In this document: piece by piece, positions 25,284-39,319 of the stretch | Position numbering within the stretch: the first letter of the stretch is position 1 | How the letters are laid out: every line of letters begins with the position of its first letter | Assembly (NCBI GenBank): GCA_012026655.1 | Contig: JAAILG010000001.1 | Span: forward strand, 62,001-126,000 | Origin: Hydrolagus affinis | Taxonomy: Eukaryota | Reading direction: 5' to 3' | DNA: 64,000 nt | The notes under the pieces: generated by a model | Databases searched by the model: none | What the model saw: only the letters and a program-made list of their open reading frames with translations | What the model was told of the DNA's origin: nothing | Position numbers and translations under genes: made by a program

Positions 25284-26704
25284 AATTCTAAGTTGCTACC
25301 ATAATCACACTGACTGCTTGCTGCTGAAAACACACTCTTTAATTCTGCCTTCAATTTAATTATTCTACACACACATACAGCGGTGGTCACAACAAATGCT
25401 TAAAGGCCTCTATTTTGCTGCTGTACATGTTACTGAAGATTTATTTGCGAATCATTAAAACTCAAATCTGTTTTACAGTGAAACTTGCTAAAATCACCAA
25501 ATCCTTTAGATGGGTCTTAAAAACAAAATATTTTATGTTGCAGGTTTTTTTTACAAACACACGCATATCAGAGAAACAATGAAAACATAGAACACGTTAA
25601 TGCTTTGCATTATTTAGGAGATAGACAAGAAAACAAACACTGATCCCATCCAAAGCTTGTTATAGGGTCCATCAGATTATTTTATAGCTCATTCCCCAGG
25701 TTTTGACATTGCAATATTTTACAAGGTTACACAGTCCCAGTAGTTGGTGATGTGATAAATGTTCATAGGTTATCGATGTTTAATGTTTTGCCACCTCCCA
25801 CGTATTTATTAACTGTCTCTTAAAATTCAAATACCGGATCATGATATTGGTGCTGACAGAAGGCAATGGTCAAATTGAAGCTGTCTGTTTTCCAACTTCT
25901 GGTATTGAATAGACTAAATTGAATATTTCTATTATTGCTCTTTTTCCCCCAAGATTATTTAATTCTTAAATTATATGCACCCATATTGAAAACTAAATTC
26001 TTGCAGGCTCTATGGCCTCGCTCCTCTATTCAGAGATAGATTTTTTTCTGTCTGTGTTTGGCGTGTTAGAAATTCTGAATTCGGGTCTTTATGTTATTGC
26101 TACAGTGACCCTGCTGAAAATTAGCCTTGAGCTAAGCCAGCTTCTCTTCTCAACTATATTGTGTAGTTGTGATTTACTCTACTGAAATAAAAATACAATA
26201 CAATACCTGGGGGACAAAGGATGTCTGCCAAGCACTGCAGTATTTTTAGCTGCTCCTGTTGTATTTTTCAAATGGCAACAAACCTGCCTATATCATTTAA
26301 GAAAGACTGCACTGAATTTGGGCAGTTCTACTAGAATATCATTGGAAGCTGTTGAAATTAAGAGTATGCAGGCCAACAAACCAATGGTTGGGGGCCCATC
26401 CACCGTAAGGCAAAATGATGTGTAACACAATTATTTTTGCTGATGTTTTAATGTCAGAAATTCCAAGAGGTTTCTTTATATTTTATCAGGTTAACATTAA
26501 CAAAGCAATGTGGTAACTATACAATAGGGTGTCATTTGCCCAAATTCATATTATGATCAATTTGTTAAGGAAATATATACTTGACCACAACATTCTGGAG
26601 GACTGAAGTGCAATTCTCTTTTGGACTGGAGTTACTATTTGTAGTTTTTGGACGCTTTAAACTCACTACATTCATTTAGAAATCTCAGAAGAGGCAGAAC
26701 CAAA

Positions 26705-26915
26705 TAATTTTTCCCGGATTCCATTGCTCTCTTCGACCAGGTGGTGGGAGGCTTATTTTTGTGTCATGGACAATAATACTCCAGTAAATTGGATATCCAC
26801 TTTATTCAGTGGCTGTGGGTGGGTACTGCTGTACACACTTTTGCCTCCAAATACTCGGTGGTAATTACTGTTGAAGCACTTTGAGACAGGTGCTATATGC
26901 AAGGATTATTATTTT
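26705..26915 (+). mobile_element. Decayed SINE 3' part with (TTA)n tail
   Basis: ..GGCTGTGGGTGGGTACTGCTGTACAC..TGAAGCACTTTGAGACAGGTGCTATATGCAAGGATTATTATT. Confidence 0.6.
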
Positions 26916-28333
26916 ATGACTTTGTTTATAGGAAAGCTCAACTAGTCACTTCAACTTTTAAGAATTGGATGGCTTAAGCCAAGATTCTGTTACTTTTTAA
27001 GAACCAGATGGGTCTTGTAATTCAGTGCAATGATTGAGTAAATGTAGAACAATTCCGTTTTTCTTTTACAGATTTTTATAGGAATATCAGGCCAGATTCA
27101 AAGTGGAAACATTTGAGTGTATGGATTTGTAAATTGTAAGGTCATGCATTTTTACTGGATTCCATTTGGCAGAGAGATTACAACAGGATATAGTCTGAGA
27201 AACATCTGGTACAGAATGTATAAAAACATTTTATGAATGCTTCCAATCCTTCAATCTGTCAGGACAGCGTATGGATGCTAAAAAAAAATCAATGAATCAA
27301 TGTAATCAATCGATCAGACAAATAGTGCAACTTGATCTGATGCTGTGATTTTACACCTGTACTGTATGTGTACAGTCAGCCATGGTTCTCATTAATCTGA
27401 CTTTCCTGTTTTACACACACTTTGACCCACGCAGTGTCTTCCTGTACCTTCGGTAATGTTAAGCACATTGCATAAGTTTAGATATGCCAAAACAGGTCGA
27501 AATATTTGACTCAGTGAAATTCAATATGATTGAAGCTGCACAATTTATGGAATATCATGGGAAGATATAACAGTAACCATATGAAATCCATTTGAATAAA
27601 ATCGTTTAACTGCTTAACGGAATCCTAATCCTGTCTCTGAGCCTACTTTCCATTTCTACCCTGGTTTTGGCACAGCAGAATGCAGAGGCAGTAACATTCC
27701 AGACAGCCAAGGTAATCAAATACACTTGAGTTCAGTGCTGACCCCTCACAGATCACTGGCTGATTCAGAGTCTTTCACATGAACCATATTCATATCATTA
27801 GGTGCAAATTGATTCAGGTGCTTCCTGAGGACACAGTCTTAATATTGCATAGCACTAATGTATCTACCTGTTTGCTGAGGCCAGGACACTGAACTCATTT
27901 TAAAAAACACAGCTTAATGCTGTAATGGCAGAATGAGATCAGATGAGCCAAAGGGCATTCTTCATCCAAACTAATCTCATGATCTTGTGAGTTAGTCACA
28001 TAAACTGGAGTTCATTACAAACGATGAATCAATGAGATGTTCAAATGACATTCCAAACTATGCCAACAAAACTCATGTGGTTATCAACATCATCTCAACC
28101 CCAAGACATACATATACATCCTTGAAACACACTCTGCAATATACATCCAGGTGGAATGGAAGACATTGTTTTTATTTGATTCTGGGTACATTATCTTTTC
28201 TGACAGCAGTGGAAGGCAAAGCTCCTGAGATCAGCTCATGCGATTTGAACTTAAGTACCATTGTATCATTGGATGCAGTGATATCAGACTACATTTCATT
28301 GCATGTTACAGAAGCATTAGCACACCAAGTTCA

Positions 28334-28383
28334 AATATATATATATATAACATATATAATATATATATACAATATATATATAA
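28334..28383. repeat. Interrupted (TA)n microsatellite
   Basis: aatatatatatatataacatatataatatatatatacaatatatatataa. Confidence 0.9.
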
Positions 28384-29303
28384 AAGCAGGATTGCAGTGA
28401 TAAACTGTTGCTTAAGTTTTTAGTTGTGGCCAAGGATGTGTTATAATGGACAAAAGTGAAGGCTACATTCATTATTGTGTACTTTTGCTTCGTTTTCTAT
28501 AACTCAAGGGGCCGTAGAACCTTAAAAATGCAATTAGTGTTTGTTTTGTTATATCCTCGTACCAAATGTACTTTAAAAACAGCAGACAGTCTCACTCTTT
28601 GGTGACCCTACACTATCTAACTAGCTTATTCTTTGTGATGCCTGTGGTGATTTTGCCCGCTGAAACTGATGCCTGGTGATGTCAATTAGTGTACAATAGG
28701 GAAGCTAATTTATAACATGTGATAGTTTGTTCGCTGATCATATTTAGTATTTCAGTCCGAGGGTGTAATAAAACAAAATATATAGACCATAGAGGTTAGA
28801 CTTGAAGTGGGACCAGCGAACTCTCGAAACCTTGGAGTGGATGTTCAACAAAGCAGCTGGTTTTCTATCATTTACATAGTTCCCTTGGCCCATGATAAAA
28901 ACAAAGATGTCACGTTTGCTTTTGGTGGCCTACCTTAGTTTGATTCAAAGCTGTGAACAAGTTTTATTTATATATTTATTTATATATACTTGCTGGATTG
29001 TTAGTGAGTTATTCGACTTCTCATGGGTTGTGAGAGAATGTCTGGATGTGTGTGGCTCTCAGTATGTCTGGCAGATACATATTTTTATTGCTATTTGCAA
29101 TCAGGGAAACTGAAACTATAAATTTATTTTGATTCGTCCACTCATGAAGGCACTGGGTGTAAATCTATGAACATTAGCAGTTGTCTGGTATCCTCAGCAC
29201 GTAGTTATTTTTCATGGGGTTATGCGTGCAGAAGAAGCCGTCCAGCTATTCAATAATAGGGGGATTTGTGCACTTTTCAATAAGAGTTATTTGGTAGCCA
29301 TGC

Positions 29304-29376
29304 AATAATAATAACAACAACAACTTCGATTTATATAGCGCCCTCCACGCCGGACGGCATCTCAGAGCGCTTTAAA
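29304..29376 (-). mobile_element. L2/SINE 3' tail, (TTG)n type
   Basis: AATAATAATAACAACAACAACTTCGATTTATATAGCGCCCTCCACGCCGGACGGCATCTCAGAGCGCTTT; CpGs retained. Confidence 0.8.
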
Positions 29377-29396
29377 AATACTACTATGCACTAGTA

Positions 29397-29472
29397 TTAA
29401 TAATAAATAATAATCCTTGCATTTGATATAGCGCTTTCCACATCTTCCAGACATCTCAAAGCGTTTCACAAA
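29397..29472 (-). mobile_element. SINE 3' tail, (TTA)n type
   Basis: TAATAATCCTTGCATTTGATATAGCGCTTTCCACATCTTCCAGACATCTCAAAGCGTTTCAC. Confidence 0.85.
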
Positions 29473-32144
29473 ACATAAAGGGTAAAGGGAAATAGATGGA
29501 AAGAGGACAGCTGAAGGGAAAACATGATAGAGAGAGGAAATAGCGAAAGCATGACATTGGAAAATTAAGTTTTATTTTTACAAATGTTTGTATATGGAGA
29601 AATAGAAACAGTGGAAAATAATGATAGCTGCAGAGAGAGATCTCATACTGAACTGGCATGAGTTCAGTTTGTTACTTTTTTATGACATCCCAGATACCTA
29701 AGGTGCTCAGCACTTTGCGTTACTCTCACTCGATAGAGGACAAGGACATTGATTGACATGCCATCTGGCCACACAGAAGTTACAACGCAATTGCCGACTT
29801 AATGACTGCACCAACCAAATCAGATTAATGGTAGCGTGGGGGTTTCTGTAATCATGGTAAATTGACTAGCAGTTTTTAATGTCACTCCCCAAAATAAATC
29901 TCTCACCTGTAGAGCTATTTTAATGTTTAGTGTGCATTTTAAATCCGAAGCATCAAGCACCAAAAACCAATTAGAGAATTTATTTGCTTGTGTGAATTCT
30001 TTAATGCTATGTCAATAACCTTATACTGCTATGCAATATGGCCTAAAATGCAGCCTTTATTGACTGTCATAAAGTAGCATTAAAAGCAGTGTTACAAACG
30101 AGAGATAACATACTACACAGGCTTTCTTTGCAACAGAAGCAATGTGCTATATACTGTAGAAATCCTCACAGATCAGTTAGCGTATTTACTCTATTTTCAT
30201 ACAAGTGCATTTCAACAGACTTTCCCCACAAGCACAACTGCAAGTATTCCACAGCCACAGCTTTCTGGACAGGTTTTGGCCATTAGCTGGAGTATTTGTT
30301 TCACTCCACTACATAATAAGTCTCTTTAGGTGCCCTTCACCCTTTATGTTAATCCGAGCCTGAATAGGGCTGAGTTTACTGCATCCCAGGCTGCCAATAT
30401 AATAGCAACTGCCAAGAAATAAACTGAACAGGGTTTCAGTGAAAGGCACAGGTGTGTCACACTGTGGGTGTCGGAAATGGACCAGAAGAAATAGTCTGAC
30501 TGGCATCACTTGGTTTCATTATCTTCTCCATAATTAGGCCACAGCTTAGATAGAACTTAACTTGTGCCATATGGGCTGATACTCCAGTGAAACCGACCCC
30601 CCGTGCTGGTGGCAGTCTGTCACAGTGAAGGCTGTCAGTGCTATACTAAGCACAACACATACATTAGCAAAAAAAGGTTCTGCGTCTCCAAGAAATATGT
30701 GATTAAGCTTGAGGTTGCTGTAGAATCTGTAGAATTCAATATAGGCAAAAAAAACCAGCAGTTGTCATTGTTTTTTTTTCAGTTATAACCTTTGAAGAAC
30801 TGAATGGTTACTTTTGAATAACTTTTTCTATCGATTTCTATACAATTCATTTTTAGATATTGAGAGTAAATGAGGAGTAGAAAGGAATTTGTCATTTTCG
30901 GCAGAATTATGCTATTTATTTAGTGTGGGAGTCTTGCAGACAGTGATCCACATTCCTACACTGGTAATCGAATAGTCTATGCAATGGAGAGCACTACTTG
31001 TATGTATTAAAAGCCCCACAGATTCCTGATTAATTAGCTATGTTCATTGGTATATTTTAAAATGAGGTCACAGCTCCGATAGAACAAAATTTAGCATAAT
31101 TTTTTAGTTTAACGCACAATTGGCTAAGACTAGGTGGAATTTCAGACCTACGATTTTGTTCACTCTTTGGTTGAAAACAAGAGCTCACAACTTAGCTGTC
31201 GTTTTGTTCCAAGCTCCAGCGATGTTATTACCACCATGCTGGGAGCCACTAACTATCTACAATAACAGAGCATGATTAGTCTGTTTATTTGACTTTAGTT
31301 CTGTACATACAGAATGGGAAGTCTCAATAGAAGATATATTAATGTTCTCATTACACACATAAATCTAGGTCTTTGAACCGCAGGCCTTCAGGAAATTGGG
31401 ACATTATTCACATAGTTAAATAAGAAAGCGAAAACATTGAATTCCTTTGCTTAAAGGACATCTTATTCCTTTCAATAAATAGTGGAATGGATGGACCCAT
31501 ATCACAAATCAATTTATGTATCAAAGGAGGAAAAATTAGATAAAAATAGTGCACAGTGAGGAGAAACAAAACTCAAACCTGTCTGTCAGCTGCTGTGCAG
31601 AACAAGCCCTTGCCCTTTATAAACCTGTATATAGTTTACATTACTGTCTCCTTGTGGAATTTCAATTGGAAATCATTAAATAAAAGTACTGAAAAAAAGG
31701 TTCCACCTCCTTGTGGAAGCTAAGTTGTAAACTACTGTATTAAATTGAGGACCAGGCAAGTGTAGGTCATTACAAATAGTGCTTAAATTTGGTTTGAGAG
31801 CTCTGTGCTTGTATAACATGAGCTCACACGACTGAACTCCCATAGGCTGAATGCAGGTGCTTATGATGTGGTAAATCATGAACAGAAGTCCAGATCCAAC
31901 AACAATGTGAAAAGTGACTCAGTGACTAGCTGATAGTAGGTTTGCCAGAACAGATTAAAGGATTTGATGAGTTGCTAGTTTGCGGTGGCAAAATAACTAT
32001 GAATAAATGAACTGGAAATTAATTTTGGGGATAAATGTTTTGCAAAATTGGAGGTAATATTGGGAGAGGAGGAATCCTTTAAATAACTCCAGAACCTTAA
32101 CATGAAATTGGTTTGATATAAACGAGGGTAACAATAAGATCCCC

Positions 32145-32200
32145 AGAACCATAGACATTTACAGCACAGGAGAAAGCCGGTTATCCCATGTGTCTGGCCT
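32145..32200 (-). mobile_element. CR1-type 3' tail remnant
   Basis: CATAGACATTTACAGCACAGGAGAAAGCCGGTTATCCCATGTGTCTGG resembles the reverse complement of recalled chondrichthyan CR1 tails. Confidence 0.4.
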
Positions 32201-35200
32201 ATAACAGAACAATAACCGCAATATAATATTTGACCACTTGTAGGCGCAATTGCCCAACTTGGGGAAAATCAGGTGCTAAGTATTTTGTGAGTGAGAGCTC
32301 AATGGCTTAAAATTCGAACAGTAGAGAATGACCCCTCCACCTGTCACTGTAAGTGGGCGGCAATGTACAGTATATGTAATATCACTGTTATTCCATTTAG
32401 TTATATAGCAGGTGAATTGGAACACTAAAGTTCTTTTCTGTACAAGTGGAGTTTCATTCTCTGAATCCACTGTAAGTGAGTTATTTCTGTACCTCTGCTG
32501 CACATTGAAGTGACCGCCACAACAATTTAGCTGGCTGCATGGAGTGAATTGATGGCTTATCAAAATAAATGTGAGCTTTTTTTTATTATTTCTACCGGAA
32601 AGGTTCTGAGTTTACATTTTCCTTTTTTTAAACAAAAATAGCAGAGCCAAATGAAGATCTATCTTTTGACAGTGAAAGCAATAGGGAAACACATTTCCGA
32701 ATTTGTCAGTTCAATCAGGCTGGCACTCTTTATCTTCAAAACAACAGTCAGATTTTGCAACCATCTTGGTTCACATTTTTATCCAAGATTTAAGACATTT
32801 CTGCATGTAGACCTCACTAAACCTGAATGATTGCCTACGTACTCAAATATTTACTATGATCAATAGCGAAAAGGTCAAATAATTATCATGTATGTTTGGA
32901 CCGTGTGTGGTATTTAAGACAATTTATGCAATAGACTGACACACATTCCAATTAAACAGCCATCTGTTTGTATAAGTTACTTTTTATGGTTTTAATGATG
33001 GTTCTGTGCATTTTAATTATGTAGCCACTTTTAATCAGTCTGAAAAGTGACTCCTTGATAACAGGTTTGCCAAAATATATTAGAGGATTGGGATACAATG
33101 GTTAGTTTGCTGCGTCTAAATGACTAATAATTGACTGAAAAGTAATTTCGTAATCAACTTGTTGCAATCTTATTCCCCAGATTTCATTAACGTTCATTTT
33201 GAAAGATGCAAATAATGTTATCTACTGGGTGAGTAAGGGGGGGTACAATTATTATTTTCTAATTAATTGATCAGTTAATGAATCACAAAAGTGTGTAATT
33301 ATTTCATCCTTCATGGGACAATGGACACTTAGTTGCACATGATTTAAAAAGCAGAAGATCATTCGAGAGCTGTGGTGATGCAGTTCCCAAAAATTTAGGT
33401 TCTGTATAGTCAAAGTACATCCCAGGAATTATTTGCGTTTCAATTGAACTGTGCTATTAGAATTGATTCTTCAAAAGGGCTGGAAAATTGTTTGCTCAGC
33501 AGTTTGTGCTTTCAAAGGCATGATAGTTAATGATATTACACATTTTGTTTTATTTGCATATTGTACTGACCACGTATGTGAACTATGCAGAAGTGGCAAT
33601 GAGGGAAGAATTCAGACATAAATGGCAGGATAATTGAAAAAGAAGAAAATAATTCCCCTAACTAAACTAATCTTGAGTCTATGGGGGAAAATATGCAATA
33701 TCTGATGTAATCACATAATCAGATCAAGTACTGCAGATTTTCCCACTATATAGAGCATGTCTAACATAAATAATAGATTCCCTTCAAAATACTGATATAC
33801 CACAACCTTTAGCATAGTATGCATTTTTATGACTGCCTTACTCCTGCACTATTGAACCAATCCACCTTCATAATACTATATATATATCTCCCTTAGCTTG
33901 TTTGTTTATTTTGGTTGATCTCTCCACCTAGAACATTGTTGCGAAGACAAGACCTATCTACTGAGTCAAGTTTCAAACCTTTACACATTTGGTGCAGCAT
34001 TCTCTGGCTGAATTTCACCAAAATTACACCTTCGTGCTGCAAGGTTCTGGCATGATATACTGTACAGCAACAACTAGCGTTTATACCAACGTTAGCATCT
34101 AGCCAGACTTGTGTAAACTACTGGCTGCTAAAAAAAAATATTTTTCCAGAGGTTCACTTTGATTTGCATGAAGAATAGTTCATCGTATTTTTCTATTTGC
34201 AGATGTTGCCCCAATGTTCTGTTTGAATTGACTTTTAAATGAAGCGTGTTACCATACTACATATGGGTGTAAATTACAGTGATTCATAACCAGATCTGTT
34301 AAAAAGTACATTGTGGGGGCAATTAGGGACTCCCCATAAGTGGAAATAAGTAATTGACACAATTTAGACCTCCACAAAGGAGATAGAATATATTTCCCAA
34401 ATTGTACAGTATATGGTGTAATCAATGATCTCCAAGTATGTTGTGCTGACTGTGTTTCGAGTTTACCGGTCCATAGATAACCAAGGTTTTAACCCTGATC
34501 AATCACATGAGATTAGTTACAGGACACAATGTACTCATCCAATTGTAGCATTCCATTGTGTTAAATTACCAAAAACCTACCTGTAAATGAAACATTCTGC
34601 ATACTTTAAACATTGTGTGAAAATGTAAATAAAACTAAAAAGATGTAAAATGGCGGTTAGCACACTGAAGATTCAAGAACCATAATGTGGGGAACATTTA
34701 TTGTATGTTATCATTATCAAATCAAACAATCCGCATTTCCCTCCTTTGTTTCTTTGTGATACAACTCCATTGGAACAGGTTAGTATCAGTGGAGAGAGGC
34801 AGTAAAACTGCGGGAGAAAATGCGCACCTATTGCAATTCTAGGTGGTTTCTACAGTCACTTAAGGGCTGCCTCATAGCATTGGTACGCCAGTCACAGGGT
34901 AATATCCTCTGATTCTATCTACATGACACATTGCTTATCTATATGTACATCTTGGATCTCTGTACTTTTTGAGTTGCTCAACAAACACTTGTATTTTATT
35001 TGAAAAAAATCACAAAATAAATCATTGTAATTCAAGACAGTGAAGAGATCCCTCCTTAACATTAGCAGTACCACACTAGTGCACTTGACATACTTCCCCA
35101 CGTTTGTGCTGATTGTAGATTGAAGGAAAATGTAAAATTGTTCTTCAGATGCCGTGTTGAGACACAGAAAGAAATAGCTTTAATGAAGAGCTCCCCTTGA

Positions 35201-36231
35201 TCAGTAATATGTCAGGTAACTTTTAGCTCTGCTTCATTACAACACTGCCTCAACACAATTTTCTGCTCATTTATGTGATTTGCATGTACTTGTGCTAGCT
35301 TATTGACATTAAATAGAGAATCCCTCTGAGGTGGAACATCTAGCAGCTGAGCACCATTATTATCACTCAGAAATGTAGTGTAATTGAAAATAATCGGGAG
35401 GGGGAAGGGATTAAATATTCCAGATTTAATGAGGGTTATATTTGTGTGGGATTATAGGTGAATGCTTCTTTTCAGAATGTGGCACCAATTCTGAGATTCT
35501 TATGGTTTACTGGTAATTAATTGTGAGAGAATGAATAGTTGAGACCACTTCTATTTCTTTCTTGGTATCTGTATGTATGTATTCTATATCTGTAGTTGTG
35601 AACAGGGTTATGAGTTTATATACGTGAAAAAAATTGGGCAACTACAATGTGTGTGTAAATCATGTAGCCTGGGCCAATGCAGTAAGTCAAAAGCTATATT
35701 TATATTCAAGGCACATTTAGAAATCTTTCATACAAATGAATGAAAACCAAAGACACCTTTTTATTTTTTTTTAAAGCGTGTATATATTTTCATTATATAA
35801 TTCTTCAAAATGACCTTTATTATTTTACTCGTCAGTGTCAAGTGATTTATCATTTTACCAAGGAAAGGGACAGTTAGGTCACAGATGGGAAACTTTCAAG
35901 CTTTCAAACACTGCAATGCATTTGTAATATAATTTAGATTGTTTCTGATACATGGAAATTAATATACACAAAGCTCTATGCAAGGATAGTACCCTTGTAA
36001 TGATATAGAAAATTACAGGTTTCTTGAGTGTATAACGTTAAAAGCTAATATTTATTAATATTGGCAAATATTCTATAAAATAGAAATTAAATATTAATTT
36101 TTTTTATTAAATACTGTTTTATTTGGCTTTTAGGTGTTGGCAAATTAGGTTTAATGTAGGAAAATGCAAAGTAATTCAATAAGGCAGAAAAAGTAAAGAA
36201 ATTGTATATAGCTACACAGAGATAAAGCTAT

Positions 36232-36428
36232 AACAAAGGCCAATGGGGTCTTGACTTTTATCCACAGATGAATCAAATATAAAAGCAAGGAAGTGATGTT
36301 CAATTTATATAAAGCCTTGGTTAGACTACATTTGGAGTACTGTGTCTAATTCTGGTCTATATAAGAATGATATAGTGACAATGCAAAGACTACAACATAG
36401 TTTAACAAGGATGATATCGGGCCTGACG
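36232..36428 (+). mobile_element. CR1 LINE ORF2 C-terminal fragment
   Basis: Translates as KANGVLTFIHR*IKYKSKEVMFNLYKALVRLHLEYCV*FW..NDIVTMQRLQHSLTRMISGL, the canonical CR1 LYKxLVRPHLEYCVQFW..RxTRMI motif. Confidence 0.9.
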
Positions 36429-38769
36429 TGATAGACTGAATAGGTGTGCATTATTAATAAAGGTAGAGACTGGTGAAAATAATCTTGCTGATCTATAATG
36501 TTTAATGTTACCGGTTGGTTACAGGAAGACACATTTCGGCTCATTACATTTACATAATCTATTATATTTTCACGTAACCAACAATATTGTTTGCTCAAGG
36601 AAGACTAATTGCACAAATAAAGGCAACTAAGTATATCGAGCTGTGCTGTGCTACTCTGAGTAAATAATATTAAATCATCAAGGAATATCAGGGAACACCA
36701 TGAAATAAATCCTGAAAATATGTATTTATGTAGAATGATAACTAGTTCTACTGAACAACAGTTATTGGGTTCACAACATCATAAAGTAACAATGAATAGG
36801 GAGTATTGTACATAGAACATATTGTCTTAGGCGCCAGAAAAAAAGTATTTCACTGAACTGTTTAGAAATCACTTTGAAATATGAGCAGAAAAAGATAGGG
36901 TAAGCAAAGGTGGTGCAGCTTAAATTATGTCAATACAACCGTACTAATTAAATAAGCAAGTGTGTTATTGAGGATTACAAAGGAAAGCTTCCTGCATGTT
37001 TTAAAGAGGAAGGATTTTAAGCAGTTAGTCATGATGAGACACATTAAGATAACTCAGAAAAATACCAAAATACTGTGGCCAAATCTGAAAGACAAGCATC
37101 AAAACACATCACCAGCAAAGTGTTACTTAATTTGCGAGATGGTATTTACGATAGTTATTTGCCAACATGGAATGGAACATAGCAGTGGCTAGTAACATAA
37201 AAAAATGTTTAAGTATATCAATAAGGCAGCAAACTTGGAATCATATATTGTAATGTGCCTGAGCTGAACAGGAAGGGAGGGTTGCCAAATGAATGTGTCA
37301 AAAGCATTTAAGATGTCAGGAGAATCAGCATGAGTTTCAACATTTTGATTTAAACCATTGGCCCCATGCTAATAGAGAAACAGTTTGAGATCAAGGGTAG
37401 AGTAACCTGGGAAGGAGCCAAACTCTTGATTGAAGATCAGGGACTTGGAAAAACATTTCTCAGCTATAGTACATCACATTGCTGTGCTCATAATGGAGAA
37501 AAAGACCAGTCAGGTCAGCTCATGGATTAAAGCCTTTCAAATGTTTACGACTGCTGATATCTATACAATGGATTATACAATAACGCAAATATGTACAACT
37601 GCCTATTTAAGAATACAGACCTTGAGGTATGGGATTAATTTCATCAGGTCTTCTGTTGTGGTGTGTAGACTAACATCTGGGTTTCATCCTCTTTGTTATT
37701 TTAGCCAGTGTTACAACCATCTTGGCATGTCCACATTGGGAAAGCATCAACATTATGTTCAGATTTGGCCTTCAATTAGTGAAGTCAATCTAAAACCAAG
37801 GTCTCACGTTAACTAGCCAAGCGGCACTTCCTGCAGTTCTCATAAGCCAGTTGCTAGGCAGTCCGGTAATTTATCAGTGAGTAGAAGAAATTACAAGCAC
37901 AATCCTTACATTTATCTATCACTTATTTACTAAAGGAATAAACAGAGCAAATTTCTGTAAGCAAAACATCTATTTCTTAGCACAACTTAAAGTCCTCACC
38001 TATTCCAGAAATTGTAGGATAAATAATTGTGATTTTGGATTTCATATTAAGCAAATAAATAGAATTATGTAAAAAGCAATAAGCTAACTCAATTGTGTTT
38101 TTTATTAACTGAGGCACTAAATTGCTTTACCTGGTAAAGCTGAACTGTTTGTTGAATGAACTGGAAAAGAGTTTAGAGGAACTGCCCATGGTGAGACTGG
38201 AGAAGGGATCAGGCCCAAATATTAAATGCAAATGCAGAAGTGCAAATATAATAATATTTGGGTTATATCCTGTGTTGATGTGAAATAATGAAAATCTAAA
38301 CAAGTACAGGAAATATTTAGGTGATTAATGTGATGATTCATAACAGATTTGGGTGCATCACATTTTTCTTTTTGATAGGGGGAGGGGGTGTGAGGGTGGT
38401 CAGACCTGGTGTCTGGCATATGCAGTAACCCATCACCATGCTTAAAATCCAAACCAAACTGAGAGTTCCCTGCATCCCACCTATACATGGAGATTTGAGA
38501 GATGTTTATGGGAATGGTGTGTACATACTTTCCCTGGAGGGTTGCATCTTGCTTACCTAATTTTGGCAATATTAGATGCAGGTTGGCAAGTGCCAAGGCC
38601 TACTTAGCTGATCCCACAGTGTGCATTGGGGTACTGCTAGAGTCTAACCATATAAAGCCACATAGTTTCCCATTGAAAGCACTGCTGGCAAGCTTTCCCA
38701 ATGCTTGTCCAGCTAGACCCATATTACCCATTAGAATGTTTTGGCTTGCATGGTTAACAGAAGCTTAGT

Positions 38770-38970
38770 GTGAAGTGTCCCTGCTCCCAGTGACTGGTCA
38801 GCCTTCCAAATCCTGTCTAAGAGCCTGGCTGTATTAGCAGTACCATGGGACACTACGGACACACCTGGCTCAGGAACTGGATTACTGAGACCACCACAGA
38901 GGGTGGGCTAGGTTCCGACATTCTGTTGCCAAACATGTCACCTTAGAGCCAGTTCAGCCAAGGAGGATGG
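38770..38970 (-). mobile_element. SINE relic with LF-SINE-like central segment
   Basis: Reverse complement of 38857-38897, TGGTGGTCTCAGTAATCCAGTTCCTGAGCCAGGTGTGTCC, resembles the recalled LF-SINE segment TGGTGGTCTCAGTCCAGTTCCTAGTGGACAGGTGTCC. Confidence 0.35.
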
Positions 38971-39319
38971 TCAATAGTTTTCTCACTTGACATCTTAAAT
39001 TCAGTCTTAATTTGGAAATCAGTTTTTTTATTTAAGAAATGCAAAAAATGGGCTTCCAAATTAAGACTGAAAGTAAGAATTTTCTATTATTCTGAAGAAT
39101 TTTAAATTTTAAGACAAATTGGTCTTTCAGGCTAAGACTCAGGTGGAATTTGTGGCTAAGTCTTAGAAATCCACCAGGAACATTTAAGGGATGATCGATG
39201 ATATAATGATGAAGTTCAACAATACAGTGAGCCTTATTCATTACTTTATTTTACAGAACGCTTCCACTATAAATATAAGCATTGTTTAGAAGCTCGTAAC
39301 TGAAAAGGAAGGAAACATA

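Noticed and set aside
28032-28400. 122-aa ORF as a gene
   Set aside because: Extends through a (TA)n microsatellite (IYIYI).
37430-37816. 128-aa ORF as a gene
   Set aside because: No recognisable domain, non-ATG start, lies among decayed LINE-like sequence.
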